From positions 1 through 63,305 of the forward strand of contig DATMAZ010000092.1 of assembly GCA_035559675.1 (NCBI GenBank): a stretch of 63,305 bases of DNA, written 5' to 3'. Under the pieces are notes generated by a model. It did no database searches and was not told the DNA's origin. It worked only from the letters and a program-made list of their open reading frames with translations. This DNA comes from Candidatus Limnocylindria bacterium (GTDB lineage Bacteria; Desulfobacterota; Binatia; DP-6). Below are positions 26,643 through 36,178 of this stretch, one piece after another. Position 1 is the first letter of the stretch. Each line of letters starts with the position of its first letter. The translations under genes and the position numbers were made by a program.

Positions 26643-28848
26643 GCCGGTGGCGCGGGACGCGGCGCTCGGCGGTCGGTCGCTGCTGGCCGCGGTGGCGATC
26701 GCGGCCACGGCCGCCGCGGCCGCCGCCATGTGGATCGGCACGAGGCCGCCGCGCGCCAGCTTTCTCTCGCAGGACCTCTTCCACTTCTTCTACCCGGCGC
26801 ACGCCTATGCGAGCCGCGAGCTCGTCCACGGCCGCCTGCCGCTCTGGAATCCGTACGTGGGCTTCGGCACCAACGAGATCGCCGATCCGCAGGTGGGCCT
26901 GTGGTACCCGCCGAACCTGCTCTACCTCGTGCTGCCGACCGCGCTGGCGCTCGACGTGCTCGCCTGGCTCCACGTGACGCTCGCCGCGTTCGGCACGTAC
27001 CTGCTCTGTCGGGGCGCCGGGACGACGAGCGCGGGCGCCGCCGTCGGCGCCGTGGCGGTGGCGGCCGGCGCACCGCTCCAGACGCTCACCTCGTGGCCGG
27101 CGATCCTGGCGACGTTCGCCTGGTGTCCGCTCGCCATGGCGGGGGGACGGTGGCTCGCGGCCGGGCCGGGGGCGGCGCGCGCGCTCGGGCTGGGCGGTGT
27201 CTTCGCGCTGCAGACGCTCGCCGGATACTTCCAGCTGCATCTCTACACCGCGTGCGTCGTTGCGCTGTTCGCCCTCTTCGCGAGCCCCCGCACGCCGTCG
27301 GCCTGGCTGCGCGTGCTGGGCTGGCTGGCGCTCGCCGAAGCAGTCGGCCTGGCGATCGCCGCCGTGCAGGTGCTGCCCTCGATGGCAGCCGTCGAATCCA
27401 GCATCCGCAGCCGTGCGTTCATGCGGGACTCGTTCTACGAGCTCTTCCGGGTGTGGCCGATGCATTACTGGCGGAGCCTCGCCGCGCCGGCGCGCGACGC
27501 CCTCGTGCCGACCTATGCGGGCGTGCTGACGCCCCTGCTCGCGCTGGCGGCGCTCGTGCCCGCGGGGAGATCGCGACCGCTCGGCCGTCCGGCGCTCGTG
27601 CTCCTCGTCGCGGCGGTGGTGCTCTCGCTGGGGAGCGCCACGCCGATCTTTCCGCTTCTGTGGAAGACGCCGGTGGGACATTGGTTTACCGGCCCCTACA
27701 AGTGGACGTTCATGGCGGGGCTCGCGCTGGCGCTGGCCGCGGCGGTGGGCAGCGACACGCTGTTCGGAGCCGGGGCCGCACATCGACGGGCGCGGCTGGT
27801 GTGGGCCGCGCTCGCCGCAGCGCTGCTCGTGGCGGCGCCATTCTCGACCGCCGCTCGGGTGATGGGCGCGCTCGGCATCGCGGGCGGGCTCGTCGGCGGC
27901 CGTGTCGCCGGCGTGGTGGCCCCCGTGGCCGTGGGTCTGACCGCGCTGGCCGGCTACCACGAGCGCCCGCTGCGCCCACGGGACGACCCGAATGCGTTCA
28001 CGCGCTACCATGCCGCCTACGCGGCCGTAGCGGCGCGCACCGACGGCGGCCGCGTGTACTCGCTGCTGCCGCCCACGTTTCCGTTGCGCCAGGGCGAGCT
28101 CGAGCGCGTGCAGACCTTGAACGGCTACGAGACGCTGGTGCCGATTCGCCGCTTCCGCCTGCTCTCCGCGATCGGCGTAGCGTTGGCATCCGCTCCCGAG
28201 CGGCTGCGCGCGCTCGGCGCGCTGCGAGCGGTCGGTGTGCGGTACCTGATCACCAAGCCCCAGTCGCTTGCCTGGCTGCACGACGCCGGCCTGCGCCGCA
28301 TCTACCAGGCGCCCGAGGCGGACGTGTGGGAGGACACGGGGGCGCTGCCGCGGGCTTACCTCGCCCACCGGACCGACTCGGTGCCGGCAGCCGACGCGCT
28401 GTCGGCGCTCCTGGACCAGCCGATCGCCAGCCGCGCGAGCGCGCTGCTCGAGGCCGACGACGGCCCGGCGCCGCCCGAGCCCGCACCGGGTCGCGCGACG
28501 ATCGTGCGCGACGATCCCACCGACGTGCGCGTCGTGACCGAGACGTCGCGGCCCGGGCTCCTGGTGCTGCTGGACGCGTGGTCACCGGACTGGCGAGCCA
28601 CCGTCGACGGCGTCCCCGTGCCGATCCGGCACGCGAACTACCTCGGGCGCGCCGTGGAGGTGCCGGCGGGTCGCCACGAGGTCGCGTTCCGCTTCTCGTC
28701 CCGGCCGTTCACCGTCGGCGCCGTCGTCAGTGCGGTCGCGTTGGCGGTCTACGTTGCGCTGCTGTGGCGGCTTGCGCGTCGCCGTCCGGCGCCGCCTGGC
28801 GATACGCTCCCCGGGCCGCCGCCCAGCGGATCGCCAGCAGCTCGCTGA
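26614..28848 (+). CDS. YfhO-like GT-C-fold membrane glycosyltransferase
   Basis: FFYPAHAYASRELVHGRLPLWNPYVGFGTNEIADPQVGLWYPPNLL, more than 10 TM helices, a C-terminal soluble domain and a final TM. Start uncertain (26614 overlaps radA; alternative ATG 26728). Confidence 0.65.
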   Translation: MSSDSATPTKPVARDAALGGRSLLAAVAIAATAAAAAAMWIGTRPPRASFLSQDLFHFFYPAHAYASRELVHGRLPLWNPYVGFGTNEIADPQVGLWYPPNLLYLVLPTALALDVLAWLHVTLAAFGTYLLCRGAGTTSAGAAVGAVAVAAGAPLQTLTSWPAILATFAWCPLAMAGGRWLAAGPGAARALGLGGVFALQTLAGYFQLHLYTACVVALFALFASPRTPSAWLRVLGWLALAEAVGLAIAAVQVLPSMAAVESSIRSRAFMRDSFYELFRVWPMHYWRSLAAPARDALVPTYAGVLTPLLALAALVPAGRSRPLGRPALVLLVAAVVLSLGSATPIFPLLWKTPVGHWFTGPYKWTFMAGLALALAAAVGSDTLFGAGAAHRRARLVWAALAAALLVAAPFSTAARVMGALGIAGGLVGGRVAGVVAPVAVGLTALAGYHERPLRPRDDPNAFTRYHAAYAAVAARTDGGRVYSLLPPTFPLRQGELERVQTLNGYETLVPIRRFRLLSAIGVALASAPERLRALGALRAVGVRYLITKPQSLAWLHDAGLRRIYQAPEADVWEDTGALPRAYLAHRTDSVPAADALSALLDQPIASRASALLEADDGPAPPEPAPGRATIVRDDPTDVRVVTETSRPGLLVLLDAWSPDWRATVDGVPVPIRHANYLGRAVEVPAGRHEVAFRFSSRPFTVGAVVSAVALAVYVALLWRLARRRPAPPGDTLPGPPPSGSPAAR

Positions 28849-29539
28849 ACGAGCGCACGGCGTCGCGCGCGATGCGGACCTTGGTGGCCGCGTCGTCGCG
28901 CCACACCACCGGAACCTCCCGGATCGGGTATCCCAGGCGCTCTGCGATGAACAGGATCTCCGCATCGAAGCCCCATCCGTCGACGCGCTGGCGCGAGAAG
29001 ATGGCCCGCGCGCTCGCCTGCTGGAACGCCTTGAACCCGCAGGTGAAGTCCGACACGCGGGTGGAGAGGATGCGGTTCGCCAGCCAGGTGAATGCCCGTC
29101 CGGCGGCTTCCCGCCACGGCGGCTGGCGTCGCAGGATCTGCGCACCCGCGGTCTTGCGCGATCCGATCACCACCGCCGCGCCCTCGGCCAGCACGGGAGC
29201 GAACTTGTCCCATTCGCCGATCGGCGTGGCGTGATCGGCGTCCATGAACAGCACCCAGCGGCCGGCGGCGGCCAGCATGCCGCGGCGCACGGCCGCGCCC
29301 TTGCCCCGGTGCGGTCCCGACAGCACGCGCAGCTGCGGCAGCTCGCGCCCGAGTGCCGTGGCGACGGTCACCGTGGCGTCGTCGCTGCCGTCGTCCGCGA
29401 CGATCAGCTCGTGGGCGACGCCGCCGGCGGTGAGGTGGCGCGCCACGCTGCGCAGCGTCTCGCCCAGGACGGCCTCCTCGTTGTACGCGGGGATCACCAC
29501 GGACAGCGTCGGCGCAAGCGAGGGGCCGTCGGAGGACAA
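28727..29539 (-). CDS. GT2 polyprenyl-phosphate glycosyltransferase (Alg5/GtrB/DPG-synthase-like)
   Basis: LSVVIPAYNEE, LIVADDGSDD, HRGKGAAV, FMDADHA, DFTCGFKAF, WGFDAEIL, EVPVVW. Only TTG starts are available (29539, or 29593 as in the ORF track). The 3' tail overlaps the YfhO-like gene by about 120 nt. Confidence 0.85.
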   Translation of the reverse strand: MSSDGPSLAPTLSVVIPAYNEEAVLGETLRSVARHLTAGGVAHELIVADDGSDDATVTVATALGRELPQLRVLSGPHRGKGAAVRRGMLAAAGRWVLFMDADHATPIGEWDKFAPVLAEGAAVVIGSRKTAGAQILRRQPPWREAAGRAFTWLANRILSTRVSDFTCGFKAFQQASARAIFSRQRVDGWGFDAEILFIAERLGYPIREVPVVWRDDAATKVRIARDAVRSFSELLAIRWAAARGAYRQAAPDGDAQAATAAQRRPPTRPH

Positions 29540-29580
29540 GGCGGCGCTGGTATAGCGCAGCCCCGCCAAGGGGTCTACAT
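29421..29580. repeat. Direct repeat copy A (160 bp; GT2 5' coding end plus upstream region)
   Basis: Aligned by hand to 36060-36219: same orientation, about 7 mismatches in 160 nt, no indels. Confidence 0.9.
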
Positions 29581-29691
29581 CAACCGCGTTCAACCGATGG
29601 AGCGTGCCGTCGGCGAGCAGCGCCCGTGCCCGCCTGTTGGATCGACGCCTTGGTCGGGCGGCCGCCGCGCCGCAAATGCTTGTGCTCCAGC

Positions 29692-31302
29692 ATGGCGGAC
29701 GCAGTGGCGGACGTGGCCCGGAGTGGACTATTGAAGGGCATGGCTCGCGTGGGGGGAGCCGCAGCGACAGTACCGGTGCGGAACCTCCCCTCCGTCCGTC
29801 CGAGCATCCCTCCGGCGCTGCTCGAGGTCGTCCTGCTCGCTGTCGTTCTGCTGGCGGGCTTCGGGTTGCGCGTCCGCTTCTTCGGCGGCTTTGGACTGGC
29901 CGACGACGGGATCTTCTGGAACGAGGTGAAGACGATCATCGTTGCGAACACGGTGCAGCCGGACAACCAGGCGTACCGCTTCACGTGGTGGCTCCCGGTC
30001 GCCGTCGTCGCGCGCGCCTTCGGCGTGACGGAGCCGGCGATGGTCGCGCCGTTTCTCGTCTATTCGCTCGCGGGCATCCTGCTCGTCTACGCGATCGCAC
30101 GACAGCTGTGGGGCCCGTGGGCAGGCATGGTGGCGGCCGCGCTGCTGGCCGTGCATCCGATGGACGTCACGTGGGCCACGATCATGACGAACGATTTCGC
30201 CATGTCGTGCTTCTCCGCGCTCGCCGTGCTGTGCACGCTGCGCGCGCTCGATGCCGACGATCAGTCGGCACGGCGCCGCAACTGGATCGGTGCGGGCCTC
30301 GCGTTGGTGCTCTGCTACCACTCGAAGGTGACGGGCCTGATTCTCGTTCCGGTGGTGGCATCCATCGTCTGGCTCCATCGCCATCGTGCGCGTGACGTCG
30401 ATCGGCTCCTGCTCGCGATGCTCGTGTTGTTCGGTGCGAGCGCGCTGGCGATCTACGCGCTCTCCGGCTCCGTGCTCGCCCCGATGCACATGGAGTTCAA
30501 GTTCCAGGGCATCCTGGACGCCTCGAGCGCCGTGCACCGCCAGGTCAACTGGTACGTGCTGCGATTCTTTCCCGATGTGCTGTTCGTGCCCAATCATCTG
30601 GGCGACCGTCTGAACGCCTGGTACCCGCATGCGCTCGGGGTCCTGGCGCTGCTCGCCTGGCCCCTCGGCCTGCGCGTCGGCGGCAGCGTGTGGGTGTGGC
30701 TCGCGCTCGTCTTCTTGGCGATGGAATTCAACATTCAGCGCGTCGGGGGCTATTGGGTCTCAGGCGCGCGGAACGTGCGGCACGCCCACGTCTTCGTGTA
30801 TCCCATCGTGCTGCTGCTCGCGGGCTATCTGGCCGCGCTGCGGGCTCGGCGGCCCGCGCTGGCCCTCGCCGTCACGATTGCGCTCGTGGGCAGCGCCGCC
30901 ATCGGTGCGGTGTCGGCAGCGACCAAGACGCACGTCGCCTTCGCCGACGGCCGCGCCGCCTGCCGGTTCCTCAGCACGCTTCCGCCGTCGACGATATATC
31001 TCGATCCGGCGCTCGACATCCGATGCACGCACACCATGCCGGAGGTCCTCACCGCGTGGACGATCGTGCGACTGTCCGACGAGGCGCCTGGGCGTGACTC
31101 GGTGCTGAAGAAGGCGACCGCGGGCTACGTGGTGACCGGCGGTGGCCGCGAACCGATCTGCTGCGGTACCCGCAGCATCCCGTTGGCGAGCGAACTACCG
31201 CCCGGCGCCGAACTCGTGAGCGAGGTGAGTGGTCCCGTCGACCCGACGTGGCGACCCGAGCCGTTGCGGATCTGGAAGCTGCGGGACATTCCCGCTTCCT
31301 AG
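29692..31302 (+). CDS. GT-C-fold glycosyltransferase, ArnT/PMT (family 39/83)-like
   Basis: First-loop Asp-Asp motif GLADDGIFW, HPMDVTWATIMTNDF, about 11 TM helices, and a C-terminal soluble domain. The ORF opens at GTG 29626; ATG candidates are 29692 and 29740. Confidence 0.65.
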   Translation: MADAVADVARSGLLKGMARVGGAAATVPVRNLPSVRPSIPPALLEVVLLAVVLLAGFGLRVRFFGGFGLADDGIFWNEVKTIIVANTVQPDNQAYRFTWWLPVAVVARAFGVTEPAMVAPFLVYSLAGILLVYAIARQLWGPWAGMVAAALLAVHPMDVTWATIMTNDFAMSCFSALAVLCTLRALDADDQSARRRNWIGAGLALVLCYHSKVTGLILVPVVASIVWLHRHRARDVDRLLLAMLVLFGASALAIYALSGSVLAPMHMEFKFQGILDASSAVHRQVNWYVLRFFPDVLFVPNHLGDRLNAWYPHALGVLALLAWPLGLRVGGSVWVWLALVFLAMEFNIQRVGGYWVSGARNVRHAHVFVYPIVLLLAGYLAALRARRPALALAVTIALVGSAAIGAVSAATKTHVAFADGRAACRFLSTLPPSTIYLDPALDIRCTHTMPEVLTAWTIVRLSDEAPGRDSVLKKATAGYVVTGGGREPICCGTRSIPLASELPPGAELVSEVSGPVDPTWRPEPLRIWKLRDIPAS

Positions 31303-32975
31303 CTGCCGCCGCCGGCCTGGCGCGGGGTCAGCCTGAAGCGGACGAACTTCGCGTCCGGAGGCGACTCCATGACGAGCGTGAATCGTCGTGCCAGCTCCGC
31401 CATGATCTGGCTCCGCTCGACGGCGAACTCGGGAGCGTCGAACTCGTGCTGCTCGACGACGTAACCCGTGAGCGAGCCGAGGCGCTCGGGGTTGACCTGC
31501 AACGCGTCGAGCGCCGGTCCGAGCTGGTCCATTGGCCGAATGGGCAGGCAGGTGTGCCGGCATGGCTTCGAGCCGAAGACCAGCACCGAGTCGACGAAGC
31601 GCTGGTGGCCGACCCGAACGTACAATCGCTCGAGAATGGCTTCCGGATTCGTGACGTTCTCGTCGTGGGCGGAGAGGTTGTAGACCAGCAGCAAGCGCTC
31701 CCCGCGCTCCACCCGGTCGTACAGCTCGAGTGCCCAATCCACGTCGCTCAGGCGGACGAGGTAGTCGCTGGGCGAGTGCGTGTAGGGCAGCGTGAAGCCG
31801 AAGTTGATGTTCGGATCGCGGGGAATCGGCGCGCGCACGAACCGCACGAGATCGGTGACCTGCCACACGTTGCCTGCCGCGAGGAGCGCGAGCAGGAGGG
31901 CGCGGAGGCCGGCGTTCGTGCCGGCCGTCACCGCATCGCGCCAGAAGCTGGCAACGAGCGCGATCGCGTAGAAGTCGACCGTGAGGTACCGCCGCGGTCG
32001 CAGATGTGAGCCATCGGGGGTGAAGACGGCGAGCAGCACCAGCAACCCCACCTGCGACAGCAGCAGCGTCAGCAGGAAGATGCGGATGCGGGTCGGCGCG
32101 AAGCAGGTGGCCAACGCCGCGACCAGCAGCACGGGCACGTCGAGGTATGGTGTGACGAAGAGACGCTCGCCGACCAGACGGAGGCCGCGGGCGATGGTCG
32201 CGAGATCCGGGAACGCCATCAGCTCGAACGAGCCCACGTGGTGGCTCCCGCCGGTGAAGACACCCCACGCCTGCAGCGCCGCGGCGACGAGCCAGATCGC
32301 CCGGTGGGTCGGCGGAACGTCGCGCAGCATGAGCGCAGCGAGCGTGAACACCAGGAACGCGGATTTGCCGAACTCGTACACATGCCACGTGAGCTCGTTG
32401 GTGAGCAGGCACAGCACGATCGTGACGAGCGGGCGGCGCCGGAGCCGCGGGTCGAGCGTGATCCAGAGCGCCAGCGCAAGCGGCAGGAACGCGCTTGCCC
32501 AGGCGAAGCCGGTCACCGAGAACGACAGCATGGCCGGCGAGGCGGCCCACGCCAGCAGCAGCACCCATCCGTGACGGAGCGGGAGTTGCGTGGCGCGCAG
32601 GAGCAGCACCCCGGAGATCACGACGCCGGCGAAGGTGACGACGTCGGCCCAGTACTCCCACGGCCACAGGGCCGTCAGGTAGCCGGGCACGAGCGCCGCC
32701 AGCACACTGTAGTGCGGAAACGGCGCGCCGTACTCGCGGCTCTGGCGCAGGACGTAGACGAGCGTGTCCGTGAACGAGCCGCGGGTGGAGATGACGTACA
32801 GGCCATTGGCGACGCCCGAGAGATCGAATCCCGGATAGTACGGCCCGCGGTTGACGACCCGGACGATCAGCGAGGCGGCGACGACCAGCCCGGTGAGCGC
32901 CCAGGCGAGAAGGGGCCACCGCGGGGCGGACGGCGTGTCGCCCGCGTGCTCGCTCGTGCGCGGTGTAGTGCCCAC
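31299..32975 (-). CDS. Polytopic membrane protein with a ~200-aa C-terminal soluble domain, no recognised family (possible GT-C-like)
   Basis: 558-aa ORF with about 9-10 hydrophobic helices, GC3-rich codons, and a non-repetitive soluble C-terminus. GTG start at 32975. 4-nt convergent overlap with the ArnT-like gene. Confidence 0.6.
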   Translation of the reverse strand: MGTTPRTSEHAGDTPSAPRWPLLAWALTGLVVAASLIVRVVNRGPYYPGFDLSGVANGLYVISTRGSFTDTLVYVLRQSREYGAPFPHYSVLAALVPGYLTALWPWEYWADVVTFAGVVISGVLLLRATQLPLRHGWVLLLAWAASPAMLSFSVTGFAWASAFLPLALALWITLDPRLRRRPLVTIVLCLLTNELTWHVYEFGKSAFLVFTLAALMLRDVPPTHRAIWLVAAALQAWGVFTGGSHHVGSFELMAFPDLATIARGLRLVGERLFVTPYLDVPVLLVAALATCFAPTRIRIFLLTLLLSQVGLLVLLAVFTPDGSHLRPRRYLTVDFYAIALVASFWRDAVTAGTNAGLRALLLALLAAGNVWQVTDLVRFVRAPIPRDPNINFGFTLPYTHSPSDYLVRLSDVDWALELYDRVERGERLLLVYNLSAHDENVTNPEAILERLYVRVGHQRFVDSVLVFGSKPCRHTCLPIRPMDQLGPALDALQVNPERLGSLTGYVVEQHEFDAPEFAVERSQIMAELARRFTLVMESPPDAKFVRFRLTPRQAGGGS

Positions 32976-33046
32976 CGGTGGTTTTTTTACACGCGCCCCG
33001 CCGCGATCGCGAATACCGGAAACGCCAAGCCAGATGCGATGTCGGG

Positions 33047-33337
33047 CTAGCGGCCGGAGCCGCCCCGTGCGGCGAGCGCCGCGTCGAGCGCGCGGCGGAT
33101 GCGATCGTAAGCGCGGCGGAGCTCGTCGACCGTGCCGCCGAACGGATCGCGCATCTCCTGCGCCTCGCCGCCGGCCAGCGCGCTCAGGTGATGCACCTTG
33201 TGCCGCACCTCGGGATGCCGCGCCAGGACCGTGGTGAAATTGTACGGGTCTACGGGCTCGCGGCGATTTGAGGGCGACGTCCGGCTGGCGGTGAGCCCGA
33301 AGCCCGTCCCTTGCCCCCGGGGCCGGCGCCGGTCCAT
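33047..33337 (-). pseudogene. Low-molecular-weight phosphotyrosine/arginine phosphatase (YwlE/Wzb-like), 3' fragment only
   Basis: The last ~68 codons (…RHPEVRHKVHHLSALAGGEAQEMRDPFGGTVDELRRAYDRI…) match the C-terminal half, including the DPxGG block. The N-terminal C-x5-R P-loop half is absent. Upstream in-frame sequence is antisense to the GST gene. Confidence 0.5.
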
Positions 33338-33346
33338 GCTCTGCGC

Positions 33347-34018
33347 ATGCTGACCGTCCACCATCTCGAGAACTCGCGCTCGCAGCGCGTCTTGTGGCTG
33401 CTGGAGGAGCTGGCGCTCCCGTACGAGGTGGTGCGGTACGAGCGTGACAAGAAGAGCAGTCTTGCGCCGCCCGCCTTGAAGGCCGTGCACCCGCTGGGCA
33501 AGAGCCCGGTGATCACGGACGACGGCCAGGTGATCGCCGAAACGGGTGCGATCGTCGAATACATCGTCGAGCGCTACGGGGGTGGCCGGCTCATTCCGGC
33601 TCCGGGGACCCCCGAGCGCCTGCGCTACACCTACTGGCTCCACATGGCCGAGGGCACGGCCATGCCGCTGCTCGTCATGGCACTGGTGTTCAACCGCGTC
33701 GAGACCGCCGCGCCGTGGCTCATCCGCCCGATCGCGAAGGCGATCGCCGGGCAGGTGCGGACATCGTATCTCGGGCCGAGCCTGGCGGCCGTCCTGGGCT
33801 TCATGGACGCCGAGCTAGGGAGGAGCACCTGGTTCGCGGGCGACGCCTTCACCGCGGCCGACGTGATGATGAGCTTCCCCATCGAAGCCGCCGCCGTACG
33901 CACCGACTTGAAGGCGGAATACCCCCGCCTGCAGGCGTTCCTCGAGCGGGCCCAGGCCAGGCCGGCGTACCGCGCGGCGCTCGACCGCGGGGGACCGTAT
34001 CATCTGCTGCCGGGCTGA
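33347..34018 (+). CDS. Glutathione S-transferase
   Basis: MLTVHHLENSRSQRVLWLLEEL, HPLGKSPVITDDG, ETGAIVEYI, and a C-terminal helical domain with FTAADVMM. Confidence 0.85.
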   Translation: MLTVHHLENSRSQRVLWLLEELALPYEVVRYERDKKSSLAPPALKAVHPLGKSPVITDDGQVIAETGAIVEYIVERYGGGRLIPAPGTPERLRYTYWLHMAEGTAMPLLVMALVFNRVETAAPWLIRPIAKAIAGQVRTSYLGPSLAAVLGFMDAELGRSTWFAGDAFTAADVMMSFPIEAAAVRTDLKAEYPRLQAFLERAQARPAYRAALDRGGPYHLLPG

Positions 34019-34121
34019 GGGTTCGCCATGCCCAGACAGCGGATCGAGGGCGACTTCCACGCGGAGGCGGGGCGACGGCGTATCGGTTGCAGCCTCTGCT
34101 TGCCCCCGGCATTCTTCCGTG

Positions 34122-34415
34122 ATGCCGCGCCGTCTGGACCGGCACGCCATTGACAAAATCGCCCGCGCCGTGATCTCCGGCCGGCGCGGGCTCGGAGGCG
34201 AGCGCGACCGTCTCGCCGACGCGGCGGCGGGCATGATGCGCAACCGGCTCGCGGCGGTCGGGGCGCCCGGGCTCGGGCGCGCGCGCGGCGGCAGGCGGCG
34301 GACGCTTGCAGATCAGCCCGAGGTGATGCGCCGACTCTTCGAACGAACGGCGAAGTACTTGGCGACGTTGGCGCGACGCGGGGCGGTGGGCGGTGCGTCC
34401 GCTCGGCCGCGCTGA
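34122..34415 (+). CDS. Small hypothetical protein (possible antitoxin-like partner of the next gene)
   Basis: GC3-rich 97-codon ORF whose 3' end overlaps the next gene's GTG by 23 nt. No family motif recognised. Confidence 0.35.
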   Translation: MPRRLDRHAIDKIARAVISGRRGLGGERDRLADAAAGMMRNRLAAVGAPGLGRARGGRRRTLADQPEVMRRLFERTAKYLATLARRGAVGGASARPR

Positions 34416-35013
34416 CCTTATCCGCTTCTTCGCGGCGCTCGCCGGGCGCCTCCCGTGCCGGGCGAGGATCGTGCTCACGGGCGGCGCGGAGGCGATGCTT
34501 CTCGGCGGCGTGCGACCAACGGGGGATGTGGACTTCGGCGTCGCGGTGTCGGGCGATCCGGCGCCGATCGAGCGGGCGATCGACGCCGCGGCGGCCGAGA
34601 CCGGCGTCACCGTGCAGTACTCCACGGACATCGATCGGTGGTCGTCCGTCGCCATCCCGCCTGCCCGGCTGCGGACCCGGCCCTATCGCCGCATTGGGCG
34701 CCTGTCCGTCCATCTCCTGCATCCATGCTGCTGGGCCGTGTACAAGCTCGCACGCTACCTCGATTCCGACGTCGACGACCTGCGCGCAGTGCTTCGCCGG
34801 GAGCGTCCTTCGCCCACCGCGCTGGCGCGACTGTGCGGCGAGAGCCTGCGGGCGAGTCCGCGCTCCAGCCACCTCTTCGCCTTCCGCCGGCACGTGGAGC
34901 ACTTCTTCGCCACCCACGGCCGCTTCGTCTGGGGCCGGCGGTTCGCTCCCGACCGCGCCATCTGCGCGTTTCACCGGGCGGCCGGCATCAACCCTCCGCG
35001 GCCCTCTCGTTAG
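34393..35013 (+). CDS. Nucleotidyltransferase-fold protein (DUF6036/AbiEii-like minimal NTase)
   Basis: LTGGAEAMLLGGVRPTGDVDF fits the GG-x-A...R-x-T-x-D-x-D NTase motif. Later YKLARYLDSDVDDLRAVL. GTG start at 34393. Confidence 0.55.
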   Translation: MRPLGRADLIRFFAALAGRLPCRARIVLTGGAEAMLLGGVRPTGDVDFGVAVSGDPAPIERAIDAAAAETGVTVQYSTDIDRWSSVAIPPARLRTRPYRRIGRLSVHLLHPCCWAVYKLARYLDSDVDDLRAVLRRERPSPTALARLCGESLRASPRSSHLFAFRRHVEHFFATHGRFVWGRRFAPDRAICAFHRAAGINPPRPSR

Positions 35014-35029
35014 CGGCCCGGCGACGAAA

Positions 35030-35371
35030 TCAGTGCTGCCGCGAGCGCGCCGTCCTGGATTCAGGTCGCGCCCGCTGCCCGCGCGCCTGCAGGCGCGCGA
35101 GGGCGTCGCCGAGGAGCCGGGGCGGATGGCCCGCGCGGCGGAGGAGCGCCACCACCGCCGCGTCCGCGTCGCGCTCGTGGCGGCGGGAGTAGGGGAGTAG
35201 GCCGCCTGCGCGAGGACCGGCGGCACGGGCGTCGCCAGGAAGATCATTGCGCCGGCGCCGTCCGAGCGCGAGGTTCGCCTCGCCGGCGCGCGCGTACGCG
35301 ATCGACACGAGCGCCGCGTGAGCCGGGGTTACCAGGAGGGGGGCAGCGTCCGAGAACGGGTGTTCTGGCAA
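35030..35371 (-). pseudogene. M48-family metallopeptidase remnant (C-terminal part, HExxH lost)
   Basis: YSRRHERDADAAVVALLRRAGHPPRLL matches the M48 third-ligand/SR..E.EAD block. The expected HExxH position reads HAALV. No N-terminal TM or domain. Only a TTG start. Confidence 0.45.
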
Positions 35372-35511
35372 GCTCTCAGGTTTATCGTGCCTATCGTTTC
35401 ATTGCTGACGAGCATGAGGCCTTCGACCACGGTCTGCGCCACGAGCATGCGATCGAAGGGATCGCGGTGCGGGCCCGGCAGCGCGCCTGCGCGCTGCGCG
35501 TCGACCCGCGC
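35329..35511 (-). pseudogene. PIN-domain (VapC-type) toxin remnant, 3' fragment
   Basis: Minus-frame translation ...ARVDAQRAGALPGPHRDPFDRMLVAQTVVEGLMLVSNE... carries the C-terminal PIN hallmark HRDPFDR.L.AQ. An in-frame TAA lies about 30 codons upstream, and there is no N-terminal LLDT block. Confidence 0.5.
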
Positions 35512-35881
35512 CCGACATTGACTTGGCCCTTCTCACCGACACCCCGATTCCTCCCGTGTTAGTTGCGCAACTCCGCGACGGGTTCGAGGAGAGTTGCATA
35601 CCCTACGTCGGAGCGGGGCCGCCGCCTGGGACAAGTCGACGACATCCATCGTCCTCGAACGAGAACGGCGTGAGGGTCTCCGGCCACCCGACCTGGCTGG
35701 AGCGCAGCTCCCCAGATCGGGCGTTTCTTCCGAGCACGTGGCGGAGCACCGTGCGTGCCTGGCGGCGTCGGCGCAATGATCGGGAGCGGTCCTCCTTCGC
35801 CCGGCAGCCTAGCAGCGCGCGCGGATCCCGTGAGATCGGACGACGGGTGGTGACGCGGCGCGGCTCGTCGCGACGCGGGCC

Positions 35882-36178
35882 TCACCAATCGCAACGCGTC
35901 TCGGCGCCCGGTCCGAGCGGGCGGAAGATCATCAGCTTCCGCGCCACGAGCTGCAGCGTGCGCGACGGCAAGGGGTCGTCGGCCACGCGCGGTCTGATGG
36001 CGCTCGCCGCATCGCTCTCTCGTGACCGCCGCATCCGGCGTGAGCGCGGCCCGGCGCCTCCGCCGGTGGTGAGGTGGCGTGCCACGCTGCGCAGCGTCTC
36101 GGCCAGGACGGCCTCCTCGTTGTACGCGGGGATCACCACGGACAGCGTCGGCGCAAGCGAGGGCCCGTCGGAGGACAA
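35882..36178 (-). pseudogene. GT2 glycosyltransferase N-terminal remnant (paralogue of 28727-29539)
   Basis: The first ~40 codons (SSDGPSLAPTLSVVIPAYNEEAVLAETLRSVARHLT) are near-identical to the intact GT2. The sequence then diverges with an insertion but keeps a VADD motif, and stops at 35882 after 98 codons. Confidence 0.7.

Noticed and set aside
29626-32975. Two convergent membrane-protein ORFs of identical length (558 aa) as an inverted duplication.
   Set aside because: Their sequences show no similarity by eye, and the true start of the first is probably downstream. The equal length is coincidental.
32972-32988. CCACCGGTGG followed by T7 as an intrinsic terminator.
   Set aside because: The palindrome has no loop and at best a 3-4-bp stem. 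No plus-strand gene ends nearby, and it overlaps the GTG start of the minus-strand gene. I noted it only as an AT-rich boundary or compositional oddity.
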